Source of the DNA: Octopus sinensis | Lineage: Eukaryota | Length of the DNA stretch: 64,000 nt | Direction of reading: 5' to 3' | Assembly: GCF_006345805.1 (NCBI RefSeq) | Contig: NC_043015.1 | Location: forward strand, 372,001 to 436,000 | Part shown: piece by piece, positions 28,679 through 41,285 of the stretch | Position numbering within the stretch: the first letter of the stretch is position 1 | Layout of the letters: each line of letters opens with the position of its first letter | The notes under the pieces: model-generated | The model's database searches: none | The model's input: only the letters and a program-made list of their open reading frames with translations | What the model was told of the DNA's origin: nothing | Made by a program: the position numbers and the translations under genes

Positions 28679-29251
28679 TGTGCGTGTATGTGCAGTTGTG
28701 TGCAGGCGTGGCAATCTATGTGTGCGATAGTAAGTCGGTCTGTTCACGATATAACCTCGGAGACGTTCGGTGGCGTTGGGCGTTCATTTGTAGGATTTGC
28801 GGGTTTTGAACCTTTCGTGCAGACACTCTTTGGTTAGATACGCGTGTGCGTATATATGTCTGTATGTGTGTATGCGTGAGTGATTGAGAGCGATTGTGTA
28901 TGCGTTTACGTATCTCTGCGTCTACTGTTTATATTATACACATACATACGCACACAATCATTAATATATTATGAATATAAACCTGATCAATATACGTACC
29001 ATTCCCTACAATATTTCTGCATCGTTTATTTGTACACGATGCGTATGATATCTTTAATGTTTTACCTTTTGCTTGATACAGTCATTAGACTGCGGCAATG
29101 CTGGAGCATCACCTTCCAGAATTTTGGTCGAACGAATCAACACCAGTACTTTATTTTTCTATATTGTTCTCTTTTACAGACCAGCTTAGTTACTATATAA
29201 ACTATAATATATATATAATTATATATTAATATATATATATATTAAGTATAT

Positions 29252-29299
<48 letters not shown>

Positions 29300-29350
29300 C
29301 AATCCGTATATTTTTTATATATATATATAATATTATATATGCATAATTAC

Positions 29351-29567
29351 ATTTCTCATTTATCATTATCATTTTCTTCACGTTTTCTGCGTCTGTACCC
29401 ATATATGCATCTTATATACAAAGATATGTAGATATGCACATATATGTATGTATATATGCATATTATATATATATATATATGTACATATCTACATATATAT
29501 GTATATATAGATGCATATATGGGTACAGGACGTCAAGAAAACGTGAAGAAAATGAAAAACGAGAAAT
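29351..29567. repeat. Fold-back repeat, ~90 bp arms and ~30 bp TA-rich spacer
   Basis: CATTTTCTTCACGTTTTCT..TGTACCCATATATGCATCT.. vs ..AGATGCATATATGGGTACA..AGAAAACGTGAAGAAAATG. Confidence 0.85.
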
Positions 29568-29699
29568 TAAAAAAAAACAAAAAAAACATGGAAAACGAAC
29601 TTTTTTCAGACAACGAAAGAAACAAATAGAGAAACGAGACGGGCAACGTATGTGTTTGTATGTATGTATGTATGTATGTAGCATGAATGAATGCATGTA

Positions 29700-29726
29700 T
29701 GTATGTATCTATCTATCTATCTATCC

Positions 29727-29825
<99 letters not shown>

Positions 29826-29826
29826 C

Positions 29827-29892
<66 letters not shown>

Positions 29893-29895
29893 GAA
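29700..29895. repeat. (TATC)n microsatellite
   Basis: Direct reading; another long tract at 30785-30915. Confidence 0.95.
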
Positions 29896-29905
29896 TCTAT
29901 ATGTC

Positions 29906-29942
<37 letters not shown>

Positions 29943-30426
29943 CTTGTGCGTGAGTTTGCACCATGGGTATTAAATGCATAAATACATGGGAACTAACACT
30001 TACATAACACACACCAATCCATCCATCTGTCTATCTACATGTGTGTATACACGTATACATATGTCGATGTCTATGTATATATATGTATATATATACACAA
30101 CACACGTACTCATAAACATACATACATATATAGGATGGAGGCACATGCATTAGCGGTCAAGTTTTGGTACCCATAATCGTTAGCTTGTAGTTTCGAAACC
30201 TTAAGAGTCGCTCCTGACCCAAAATGTGTAATCCTAGTGACTTTTGTACACACACACACACTCATACATCTATATCTATCGATATTTATATCTATCTATA
30301 TATAGATATATATATATATAGATAGATAGATATAGATATCGATGTGTGTATGTGTGTGTAAAAGTTCCTTCCCGACTTCTGTGTCGTATGTATTCATCAC
30401 TGGACAGGTCGCCTGACAGCCGTAGG

Positions 30427-30464
<38 letters not shown>

Positions 30465-30529
30465 ACACTATATATATAATATATATTATATATATATGTA
30501 TATATATATATATATAAACAAAGCGGATT

Positions 30530-30780
30530 TGAACTCCGACAAAAGAGATTCGAAGCAAGTATCATGCGTCATTTGGGATTGGTTCAATAGCGGAACTCTC
30601 AGAGAATCAGCAAGGATATCCACGCTGTAGGTTCAGACTCTGTCCATTCTTTGCATAAAATCCCACTCCATCAGGGATGCAACTGACAGAGAGCATCAAT
30701 AACTTCAAGAAACAATCGCAATAGTTTCCTAGGTTCCATTATCAGATTCCCAGTCACAAAATATACCTCATCATATCTTG
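30530..30780 (+). mobile_element. Possible CR1/L2-type LINE 3' remnant
   Basis: Frame-broken ..SIRDAT..ESINNFKKQ.. resembles the LINE C-terminal WNxLPxxIRxAxSxxxFKKxL. Confidence 0.35.
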
Positions 30781-30822
30781 CTACCCATCCATCCATCCAT
30801 CCATCCATCCATCCATCTATCC

Positions 30823-30913
<91 letters not shown>

Positions 30914-30928
30914 AATCCACACACACAC

Positions 30929-30969
<41 letters not shown>

Positions 30970-31345
30970 TGGAACCCAGGACTTATTTATTTCAAGCCCA
31001 AACTTATTTCGTCGTTATGTTTTGGCGAACTGATAAGTTACGTGAACGGAAACACACCAACACCGTTGTCAAGTGTTGGTAAGTGACAAAGAAACATACA
31101 TACATACCTCACACATACATACATACATACATACATACATACATACATACATACATACATACATGTACACACACACAGATATATATGCATATACGACAAG
31201 CTTCTTTCACCTGCTATCTAATATTGCCACTCACAAGACTTTGATGTGACCAACGCTACTGAAACAAAACCATGTGGTTGCAAAGCTAGCCTTTAATATT
31301 ACAAAAAATAATTAATAATTAAATAATAGCCCCTCCCCGCCAAAA

Positions 31346-31396
<51 letters not shown>

Positions 31397-32047
31397 ATAT
31401 ATATATATATAGGACATGTATGATACTGACATACTGACGGTCTGAAATATCGGAAGAAGTTTTTAACGTTTCGAGCACAAGCACATTTACAGGAAGGATA
31501 GATGAGGAGAGCGAAAAATAAGAGAAAAGGAAAGAGTGCATCTCATGCAAGTATGGTAGTATCGAAAGCCTGTGAATTACATCTTGTGCAGCTGTTGATA
31601 CAAGGGAACAGATGCCACTCAAAATATTTAAGAAATAATGAAAATTACGTTGGTAAGTTGAAACGGATGGATCTATAAGTAATTCCTTGCCGTATGAAAT
31701 TCGCTTGATCATTAAGACAGATCACTGATTCGTTGATCAGAATAGTACAGGTGCCACGGTACAGGAGCCCCTTTTTTCCACAGAAACAAGAGAGAATGAT
31801 ACAAAAAAAAAATTTCTGAACATGGTGGTTCAGCATATTCTGAAATATATACTCATACAACCTATCACATAAACACACGTACACTTATTTACAAATTTCC
31901 AAATACACACATGAACACACACATACATAGATACATATATATTTACATATATAGATATGTGCATATATATGTATGTGTATATATATATACACACACACAT
32001 CTATATATGTGTGTGTTTAAGTGTATGTATACAAATATAAACTGACA

Positions 32048-32089
<42 letters not shown>

Positions 32090-32571
32090 CTTTTTCTTAA
32101 GATGTTCTGATCCAAGAGGCTTACCAGCAGTAATCTGGTCATACTACAGGACGGCAATAATCCGATAGATTAGGGGTATGTGGTGTGTGTCGTAAACACC
32201 TGGCGGCGATAAATACACCCATACTCAGAGGTGTGTACTACACATGAAATGAGATATACACACGCATTTAAACACAAAATACACATATTCTGAAGTATAT
32301 CTGAACACACACACAGAGGCAGTCAGAAGTATATAACCCATATATACATAGCGATGTATATCTCTATTTCATATGTATATAAGTGTGCGTGTGTGTGTCT
32401 CTGCGCGTGCGTGTGCATCATGATACTTTGCCTGCACTTTTAACTCGACTTCAATTTTATTATATATATATATGTATGTATGTGTGTGTGTGTGTGTGTG
32501 TGTGTAGAAAAGTTTCAATGAAATAAGTACCAGTTGAGCTCCGAGGTCAATGAAATCGACTATCCCGCTCT

Positions 32572-33687
32572 CGAATTTCTTTTTCCCGTGAGAGATCCGG
32601 ACACTAGTAATGAGGACACTAGTAATGAACGCAACTGCATACAGCCAACCAGAGCTCACCTCGACCAGGTTGTCAAGTTAACAAACACATTATACCAACT
32701 AAACTCAAGATGAAGAACGGTGTTGTAAATCGACCGATCGATTTTCGACAGAATATCCTTAACATTTGTGAATGAGTTAAAAACAACCAATGTCTTGCTA
32801 AAACACACTCTACCAAGTAAACCCAAGACGAAGAACGGTGTTGTAAGTCGACCGATCGCCAAGTTATGCATGATTTTAGAAGGAGACAAGGGCAATCTTT
32901 CGTCTCTAGTAGACCTTTCCGTCGATTTCCGTAAAAAATTTTTTTTTTTACATATGGGCTTGCGAGAACTTTTGAAGTAATGAGAGCGAAAGAGACTAAG
33001 AGAAAGCGATTGTATGACGAGGGAAATTCTTTTGAAGTTACCGTGCATGTGAAGCATTGATGTACATGTGTGTGTGTGTGTGTGTGTTTGATGGGGTGTG
33101 GGAGACAGACAGTATGTTGTGTAAGTGAAGTGCTTCTGTTAGTATGTGTGAAGAGACAGAGTAATGTGTGAAAGAAAGAGATAACTGAAATTTTTAACTC
33201 GGTGTGTGTGTATATGTATGTATATTACTTCAAAAGTTCCCGCAAGCCCATATGTAAAAAAAATAAATTTTTTTACGGAAATCGACGGAAAGGTCTACTA
33301 GAGACGAAAGATCGCCGGAGACAAGTAATTAGATAGATTTGCAGCGATACCTATTGTCAGATTTTGTTAGGGCCTCTATAGTAAAGGAGTGGATGGGGAA
33401 AATGTGATAGAAAATGTGATGTGGTAGCAGCCCTCTCTCCTTACTGCTTCACAAAGTAAACAACGACACAAATAACTACGCAAAGGCAACCATGGTTGAA
33501 ACAAAAACAAGAACAACGAGTATTCTTAAAAGAGAAATGAAGCATGGTGATTCTCTACCCAAGTGACATTATCGTATCGCCCATCACTTGTCATGTGGTC
33601 ATAAATTAGTTCGATAGCTGAGCTCTGATTGGCTGTATGCAAATGAGTTCATAACAGGGGTCCGGAACTCTCGTGGAAACAAATTCG
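32572..33687. repeat. Nested inverted-repeat block
   Basis: Outer diverged IR about 32572-32678/33586-33687; inner near-perfect IR 32895-32981/33224-33312; 58 bp direct repeats 32683-32740/32801-32858. Confidence 0.8.
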
Positions 33688-33820
33688 CAGGCTGCTCCTC
33701 TAAAATTGCAAGCCAATTTGCTAAAGCAGAAAGGAATTCAATTTCTCAACAAAATATGATAATTGTCCTTCTATCATAAGCGACCCAAATAAAGATGGCG
33801 ACTGTTTGTAACCCGGAAGT
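33619..33820 (+). promoter_or_regulatory. Candidate housekeeping-type promoter motif cluster
   Basis: CTGATTGGCTG (CCAAT box, 33628-32), ATGCAAAT (octamer, 33637-44), AAGATGGCG (YY1-like, 33792-800), CCGGAAGT (ETS-like, 33813-20) within 200 bp of non-microsatellite DNA; no transcript evidence. Confidence 0.35.
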
Positions 33821-34549
33821 CTTTCTACTTTCAACGAATATGTTGTAAACAATCTCAGTAAATAAGTAATTAGGTTTTATTGCTGGTCAAATATTTGAAA
33901 ACCTTCTTGATATAAATTTTAATATAATTAAGTCTTTGTTTATTATAAATATATAAATCCCATAGCAAAGCTGCTTTTATAGGTAAACTTTCTCAGTCAA
34001 ACCCTAGCAAGTAAGAACTTGGTAAAGAAAATCTTTTGATTCTATTTGCTTTCTTCAAACCAAGTCATTTTTGACGATATATCTGATACCCGCAACGAAA
34101 TACTGTCTATAAGTGGATTAATAAAATGAATAGGGATTAAACGAGTTGTCTGTTTTAAGCCACCTCATATCCGTTCATGTTGAGAACATCTAAGCGAATA
34201 AATTGCCGTGTTTTCATTTGCTACAACATACAAATTTGCATATATATATCGACAAATTCTAACCATTCCGAAATCGCTAGTAAACACGGAAATCAAAAAC
34301 TTCTAAGAATAACAAAATAGCTGTAGATATATTAATGTAAATTACCCTCTTGTAAGAACTTGCTGAGTAAAATGCCAAGCAGATTGTGTTTTAGTAAATG
34401 ACGACTCTTCAAACAAGTCCTTCAATGCTTCATTCTACAAGCACTCTCACTCTTTCTGTATTTCTAATATGAAAATATAACTGTTAGCGAGTTATATTTG
34501 AAAGCTAGTGAAATTATCTGAGAATAACTTACGAAAAGAAAAAAAAAAC

Positions 34550-34915
34550 GAAAATTAAAGACGCATCAGGTTTGGGCATCCGAAATTGTTGAGATATTTA
34601 TTTAACTTAAAACATTCTACAAATAACATTCCGCGTAAATTTCTGCATGTGGACATGCGCTGTTTAAAACATCGAGATATTTGCCACCAAGAGATAGTCT
34701 GAGATAGTTTCCACATTATTATCGATTATCTCTCTTTTCGTGGATTGCAAAGACTGTTCAATCCTTAGGGTCCACTGGTACATCTTCAGTTATTAAGACT
34801 TGATAAGGAGGCGAGACAGTTGATAATGAAGCAGATTAGCACCATTTTCTTCAACCTCAGGTAACATGTCATCGAATCCCACTGACTTGTTACTTTTCAT
34901 AGTTCTTATCGCTTA
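34550..34915 (-). mobile_element. RTE-clade LINE remnant (linker to RT start)
   Basis: AIRTMKSNKSVGFDDMLPEV..G..LLHYQL, TEDVPVDPKD, CGNY..SL.GKYL match RTE AIxxLKxNKAPGxDxIPAE..CxNYRGISL..GK. Confidence 0.7.
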
Positions 34916-35094
34916 CTCGATACCCTCATGCGCTACGTTCCGAGTTCAAATTCTGCTGTGGTCGAACTTGCCTTTCATCCATTCTGGGTCAATAAGTAGT
35001 CGATTTACTCCTCCCCCGAAATTGCTGGCCTTGTGCTAAAATGTGTAACCAGTATTAACAGTATTATATTTATTAATATAATATTATGATACAT

Positions 35095-35227
35095 AGGTGC
35101 AGGCATGACTGTGTAGTAAGAAGCTTGCTTCCCAACCACATGTTCCTGGGTTTAGTCTCACTGCGTGGCACCATGGGCCAAAATCTTGTGAATGGATTTG
35201 GTAGACAGAAGCTGAAGGAAGGCCGTC

Positions 35228-35259
<32 letters not shown>

Positions 35260-35725
35260 TATATATATATACAACATACGATATGTTGCATATATATATA
35301 TATATATATATTTGTATTTATGTGATATCTGAATATCTTCTCACCTGGTTCTCTATGAGCATTTTAATGTGGTTTAGAGTCAAGTTTTAGCTGCTATTTC
35401 CAGCGTGGTGGTATCTCTTAGATACCCTATAATTTTAATAATTATTATGAACTTCGAAGGTTTTTTTCCCATGCTGGCCACCTGATAAGATCGGTATTTC
35501 AATATCGATCTTATCCTTATATGTATATATATATATGTCATCTTGACAACCGATGCCGGTGTGTTTACAGCCAAGTAACTTAGCGGTTCGTCTAAAGAGA
35601 CGAATTGAATAAGTACCAGACTTACATATAATAAGTCAAGGGGTTCATTTCTGCGACTAAAAACTCTCTAAGGAGGTGCTCCAGCATGGGCGCAGTCAAA
35701 TGATTGAAACAAGTAAAAGAATAAC
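35095..35725 (+). mobile_element. SINE family A split by a ~200 bp insertion inside its internal (TA)n
   Basis: Head about 35095-35228, tail about 35538-35725, unrelated sequence at about 35315-35520. Confidence 0.8.
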
Positions 35726-35790
35726 AGAATGCGTGTATGTGTTTGTTTGTTTTGTATAAATGTGCGCGTCTACGCACGCACTTAGACATA

Positions 35791-36218
35791 CTCTTACTCT
35801 TTTACTCTTTTACTCTTTTACTTGTTTCAGTCATTTGACTGCGGCCATGCCTGAGCACCGCCTTTAATCGAACAAATCGACCCCAGGACTTATTCTTTGT
35901 AAGCCCAGTACTTATTCTATCGGTCTCTTTTGCCGAACCGCTAAGTGACGGGGACGTAAACACACCAGCATCGGTTGTCAAGCAATGCTAGGGGGACAAA
36001 CACAGACACACAAACACACACACACATACATATATATATACACATACATATATACGACGGGCTTCTTTCAGTTTCCGTCTACCAAATCCACTCACAAGGC
36101 ATTGGTCGGCCCGGGGCTATAGCAGAAGACACTTGCCCAAGGTGCCACGCAGTGGGATTGAACCCGGAACCATGTGGTTGGTTAGCAAGCTACTTACCAC
36201 ACAGCCACTCCTGCGCCT
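35791..36218 (-). mobile_element. SINE family A, full length, (CTTTTA)n tail
   Basis: Full-length homology to the A consensus. Confidence 0.93.
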
Positions 36219-36889
36219 AATCCTTTTAAAAATATTCATTTTTATATTTGCTTTCTTGCAGTGTCTCTCTTTGATTATTCTCCTTTTATTATTTTATATT
36301 TGCGTTTAGCAGGATAAGGCGGGTGTGGAAATAGTAGCCTCTTAATCCAGCCTCCCTCTTATATTTCTCTCCCCAGCTCTGATGCCTGACAGGAAGGGAA
36401 ATAGCCTATAAGGCGTAAAAATCTGTTTAAAAAACTAAAAAAAAGAATAAAAAAACAAAACTGTGTGTCTGTTTTCATTTCGTTTTGTTTTTATTTCTTA
36501 TTCCACTCCCCACGCAAACATATCAAAACGAAAATTATAAAATCTCCCGCCCGCAAAATAATATTCATTTATTGGTTTTGGTTTACAGATTGGCAGGAGG
36601 CGTTTTAACGTCTCTTTCTGTCTTTGGTCTGGAACATAATTCAGGCCGTGAGTGTTTTACAGCTAATTTTGTATCGGAATTTCATTTCCAGAAAAAAAAA
36701 AAAATAAAAAAAACACTAAATAAGTTGAGTAAACAGAATTATATGAATAATAATACGCGGGGACTACAACATTTTAGTTGGTGTGCAATCAGCGGATGAA
36801 ATTCACTCACGTACAAGTATGGAATATCATACTCATACGCACACATACGTATATATGTCAAGCGATGTTGGCGGTACTAACAAAAACAC

Positions 36890-36904
36890 AAACACACACA
36901 CACA

Positions 36905-36967
<63 letters not shown>

Positions 36968-37140
36968 TATATACACATATACGTATATACGATGGGCTTC
37001 TTTCAGTTTCCGTCTACCAAACCCACAGTGAGAAAGTACTAATAAAAATTAAGAAAAAAACTAAAGCCTATATGTCACTGTTTAAGCTCGGTCAATTTGA
37101 GCTAATTTGTCTGCTATTTCTAGCAAGTGGCGAGACACAA

Positions 37141-37214
<74 letters not shown>

Positions 37215-37375
37215 ACATATACATATATACGATGGGCTTCTTTCAGTTTCCGTCTACCAAACCCACAGTGAGAAAATACTAATAAAAATTAAGAAAAAAA
37301 CTTAAGCGGATATGTCACTGTTTAAGCTCGGTCAATTTGAGCTAATTAGTCTGCTATTTCTAGCAAGTGGCGAGA
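36890..37375. repeat. 240 bp-period tandem duplication containing a SINE A fragment
   Basis: 36991-37135 repeated at 37231-37375 with few differences. Confidence 0.9.
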
Positions 37376-37644
37376 TCCGTTACCTTGATTGTGCGAACAG
37401 TTCAACGTCCTAATAACGATAACGTTGTGTGTTATATTACTCACATAGTTTGTGGGTCAGTGTGAATGTATTAACACGTTTTTGTTTACAATCATTGCTG
37501 AGATAAATAAACGAAGACATGAATTTTCTTGTACTGCACCTGTCTTGTAGTTGACAAACAACTGGCAAATGTTATTCAGTCATTAAGGTTCACAAACTGA
37601 CAGAACCGTTAGAGGATCGGAATAAAATGTTCAGGTATTGAGCT

Positions 37645-37830
37645 GGCAGAATTGATAGCACACCGAGCAAAATGCTGGACGGCATTTCGCTCGTCCTCAC
37701 CTTTTAGTTCAAATTACGCCGAGGTCGGCTTCGCCTTTAATTCTTTCGGGGTCAATAAAATAAGTGCCTGTTAAACACTGAAATCGATGTTACGACTAAA
37801 GTTTCCCCAAAATCTCAGGCTTATTGGAGA
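37645..37830 (+). mobile_element. SINE family B monomer, diverged
   Basis: GAGCTGGCAGAATTGATAGC...GTTCAAATTACGCCGAGGTC. Confidence 0.8.
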
Positions 37831-37882
37831 AAAATCATATTGTTATATAAATATGAATAGAATATAGATATGATTAGAATAT

Positions 37883-38280
37883 CGCAGGAGTGGCTGTGTG
37901 GTAAGTAATTTGCGTACCAACTACATGGTTCCGGGTTCAGTCCCACTGCGTGGCACCTTGGGCAAGTGTCTTCTACTATAGCCTCGGGCCGACCAAAACC
38001 TTGTGAGTGGATTTGGTGGATGGAAACTGAAAGAAGCCATCGTATATATGTATATATGTGTGTATATGTTTGTGTGTCTGTGTTTGTCCCTCCAACATCG
38101 CTTGACAACCGACGCTGGTGCGTTTGTGTCCTCGTTACTTAGTGGTTCGGCAAAAGAGACCGATAGAATAAATACTAGGCTTACAAAGAACAAGTTCTGG
38201 GGTTGACTTGCTCGACTAAAGGTGGTGCTCCAGCATGACCGCGGTCAAATTACTGAAACAAATGAAATAAAAGCTAAAAG
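37883..38280 (+). mobile_element. SINE family A, full length
   Basis: Full-length homology to the A consensus. Confidence 0.92.
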
Positions 38281-39059
38281 GAAAAAATATTTTTGTAATT
38301 ATTTAATTTGTAACTTTAACTGCAAAATAATTTGCCTTACTTCTCATGCAAGGTGCAGCCGCAGTTATTTTTTTCTTTATCTAATCTCTAATGTGCCACG
38401 AATTCAAAAGAACCGAGAATTACTGCAATAACGTTTTAGATGATAAGGATTTGGCTTTGATTTCTTTCAGAAATGTCTAAAATCAGCAGAGTGAAGTTTG
38501 AATGTAATATATTCCATACTTTCGCTGTTTTAAGTTTGTTTTTATTGTCGTAGACATATACATCTTGATTATTCCTTTAATGTTGACCCAAAGAACATTC
38601 AAGACGCGATAGCTGAGGTGGGGAGAAGGTTGTGCCGAGCACTGGCTGGTGTTGTATTAGAATGAAGAAACGTGAAACGACATACCTTGCTGAAGACCAC
38701 AACTCACTGACTGACTCGGGAATTGAACGCAAGAATCCAAGTCATGTCTTCTCACAGAAAGCAAAAAACACACAAAAAAAATTCTCATGAATACACTGTT
38801 TATTCATGTAAGCATTGTAGTATTGAGGGCATATTTAAGTATTTTTCATATTTATAGGAAAAGACTAAAAAAAAACAAAAAAAATCAATCTGTTTTCTTA
38901 GAAGTACACATCTTGAGATTTTCCCAAATCTTCTCTGAAATAGCTTGGAACTGAGCATCATATTCTTTCAGATCAAGGATTATTAGCTAATCTACACGGG
39001 TTATTAACTTATTTAGTCCAAGTGGTGCAAGATTTCAGTCAATGTGAACATATTAGTCC

Positions 39060-40830
39060 GGTACAGTTGAGTACGTACCCGTTGTCTCTTTTTCTTGTCC
39101 GCACAAGTTTTACGACAGGATCATGCAAAAAAGTCCACACCTTGTTGAACGAAGAAACCCCAGGCCATCTTGTGACGAATGAAAGTTTCTCAGTTGTGTA
39201 CTCTAATGTCAGTTTTCAGTTTTACCACACCAACAATTCCATTCTTGTTCGTTCCCCACCATTTCCATCAAACGGTCTTAGCAAATTTGAGGAATCTGTT
39301 CTTAATTCGAATTACGTATCCTACTCTTTGTGACTAGTCCCAAAAGATGTTTACTTCGATGTTAGTGGCCTTTGCTTTGTCGGCATTTCTCTCATTTCAA
39401 AATCGATGATGGTGAAAGTCCTCCATTTAGATAAAGTGCTGATTGTTGCTAATATTTAAATCTGTGTAGGAGAACGAGGATCACAACTGTATCATAAACG
39501 AGTAAATTCTTTCCGACTGGAGTTTCTTGTGAGAATACCCGTACTGGAAGACGTCCAAACAAACATTTCATGGTCTTTGCTTCGGTGGTGGTCAAGAGAC
39601 GACTTCCCAAGTATTCAAATTTGCAGATGTTCTCCAAAAGCAACTTTTAATTTTGAAAGCAAGCAGTGGAGAGTTGAACATCCCCAAAGACTCTGGAAAC
39701 AAGATAAAAAGCAAATCCTTCACTTTTAGACATTTTATTATTGACGGAATACTGAAGGTTAGTCATACCGTAAATCGTTGAGTATAGTCCACTCTTGAGT
39801 ACAACACGCAGGGAATTTTTAGGTGGCTGTACCTCTGAAACACCTAAACCTTGTGTATAATACGCACTCCTCTAACTTGAGTCGTGCGTAATTAACCCAA
39901 CAGCATCTAGTCGGACAAACACTCCCGGGCATGCGTAATACAATAATGGTGATGTTCTTAACTGTTATATGGTAGTATAAATATGCTTGCAAATTGTTTT
40001 TGTTACATGTTATTCTGTGTCCTGAATACTTTTATATTAATAAATGTTGTTTACAGCAAGTTATGGATGATTCTTTTATGATTTCATTGCTTTCAGGCTT
40101 AGCTTAAGTTTATTTTCGCGCCTGACATCACAAATTGCATCGGAACAAACATTGCCGGACAGCAAATAGAGACTCGGACATTGCTTAGAAAATATTTTTC
40201 ATTTTTAACCTCGTATATAGTACGCACTAGTGGTTTTGATCTTTAAATTTTGGGAAAAAAATGCGGATTATACAGGAGGATTTACGGTATGTATTAGAGA
40301 TATATTTTTTCTATCGCCTCGCAGTAAATTACCTTTGAATAGCTTCCTATTTCTCTCGAATTCTATGTCGATTCTTGAAGAAAGTTCTGACTTCACGATG
40401 TGCATAATGGTTGTTATAAATATATTTGGTAAAACTATACAATCCTGCTTGATTATAAATTTAGCTCTAAAAGCGTCTGTTGAGCGTCCATAGTCAGAAC
40501 AGTGGTAAATATTTTGTCATGAAGAAAACTTAGGATCATGAAGATCCTCATAGGACAGCAAAAGCACGAAAGAAGATGACAAGTGTTAGTGTTAAATGCC
40601 TTGATAATGGAATTCACAGAACATTTTTCAGATAGTCGTTAGGAAGGATTAATTTCACCTGATGGTGTTAAACGATTTTTAGTCGGATGTACGACTATCT
40701 CGTCTGGTGGATTAAGCATTTCCGTTGATGTTACAGTCTGGCGGGTAGCATTTAGGGATGTTCTACAAATAAGATTTTTAGAAGACGGAGTTAAACTGTC
40801 GCCTTGTTTAATACCACCAACTGGCACTTA
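39060..40830 (-). mobile_element. RTE-clade LINE reverse-transcriptase pseudogene, interrupted by a MITE
   Basis: Colinear motifs ATRQTVTSTEML (GFRxxRSTxDMI), KAFNT..CPMRIFMILSFLHD, FIIKQDCIVLPNIF (GVKQGCVLAPxLF), NLQYSVN (LQYADD), LENICKFEYLGS, LFGRL..VF..LLVYDTVV. Confidence 0.8.
39768..40287. mobile_element. 520 bp non-autonomous Tc1/mariner (pogo/Tc2-like) MITE
   Basis: TA|CCGTAAATCGTTGAGTATAGTCC ... GGATTATACAGGAGGATTTACGG|TA imperfect TIRs with TA TSD. Confidence 0.85.
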
Positions 40831-40982
40831 GGTACATTTTAGTGGAAGAGCCAGCCTTGATGCACGCATTCTGGGCTTCTTTCGGATTCCATCTACCAAA
40901 TTCACTCACTAGGCTTTGTTTGCATCGAGCTTGTAGTAAGAAATACTTGCCCAAATTGATATACATGGTGAATGAACCCGGT

Positions 40983-41285
40983 GTGGAGGCACATTGCCTA
41001 GTGGTTAGAGCAGCGGACTCGTGGTCGAGGGATCGCGGGTTCGAATTTCAGACAGGGCGATATATGTGTTTATGAGCAAAAACACCTAAGCTCCATGCAG
41101 CTCCGGCAGAAGGTAATGGCGAACTTCTGCTGACACTTTCGCCACAACTTTCTCACACTCTTTCCTCCTGCATCTTGCATCTCACCTGCGACGGACCGGC
41201 GTTCCGTCCAGGTGGGGAACCTATACGCCAAGGAAACTGGGAAACCGGCCCTATGACCCTGGCGTGGCTCGACAAGGAACAAACC
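40983..41285 (+). mobile_element. SINE family C head with CCTGCGACGGACCGGCG (V-domain-like) tail
   Basis: GTGGAGGCACATTGCCTAGTGGTTAGAGC head; tail shared with 55804-55946. Confidence 0.85.

Noticed and set aside
31455-31830. Degenerate hammerhead-like GCTCGAAACGTT (minus) and a weak C.CGK GIY-YIG-like stretch
   Set aside because: Core not intact and protein similarity too weak; possibly an old Penelope fragment
40760-40827. GIKQGDSL resembling an R2-type RT motif
   Set aside because: Position within the colinear RTE remnant corresponds to a different region; likely coincidental
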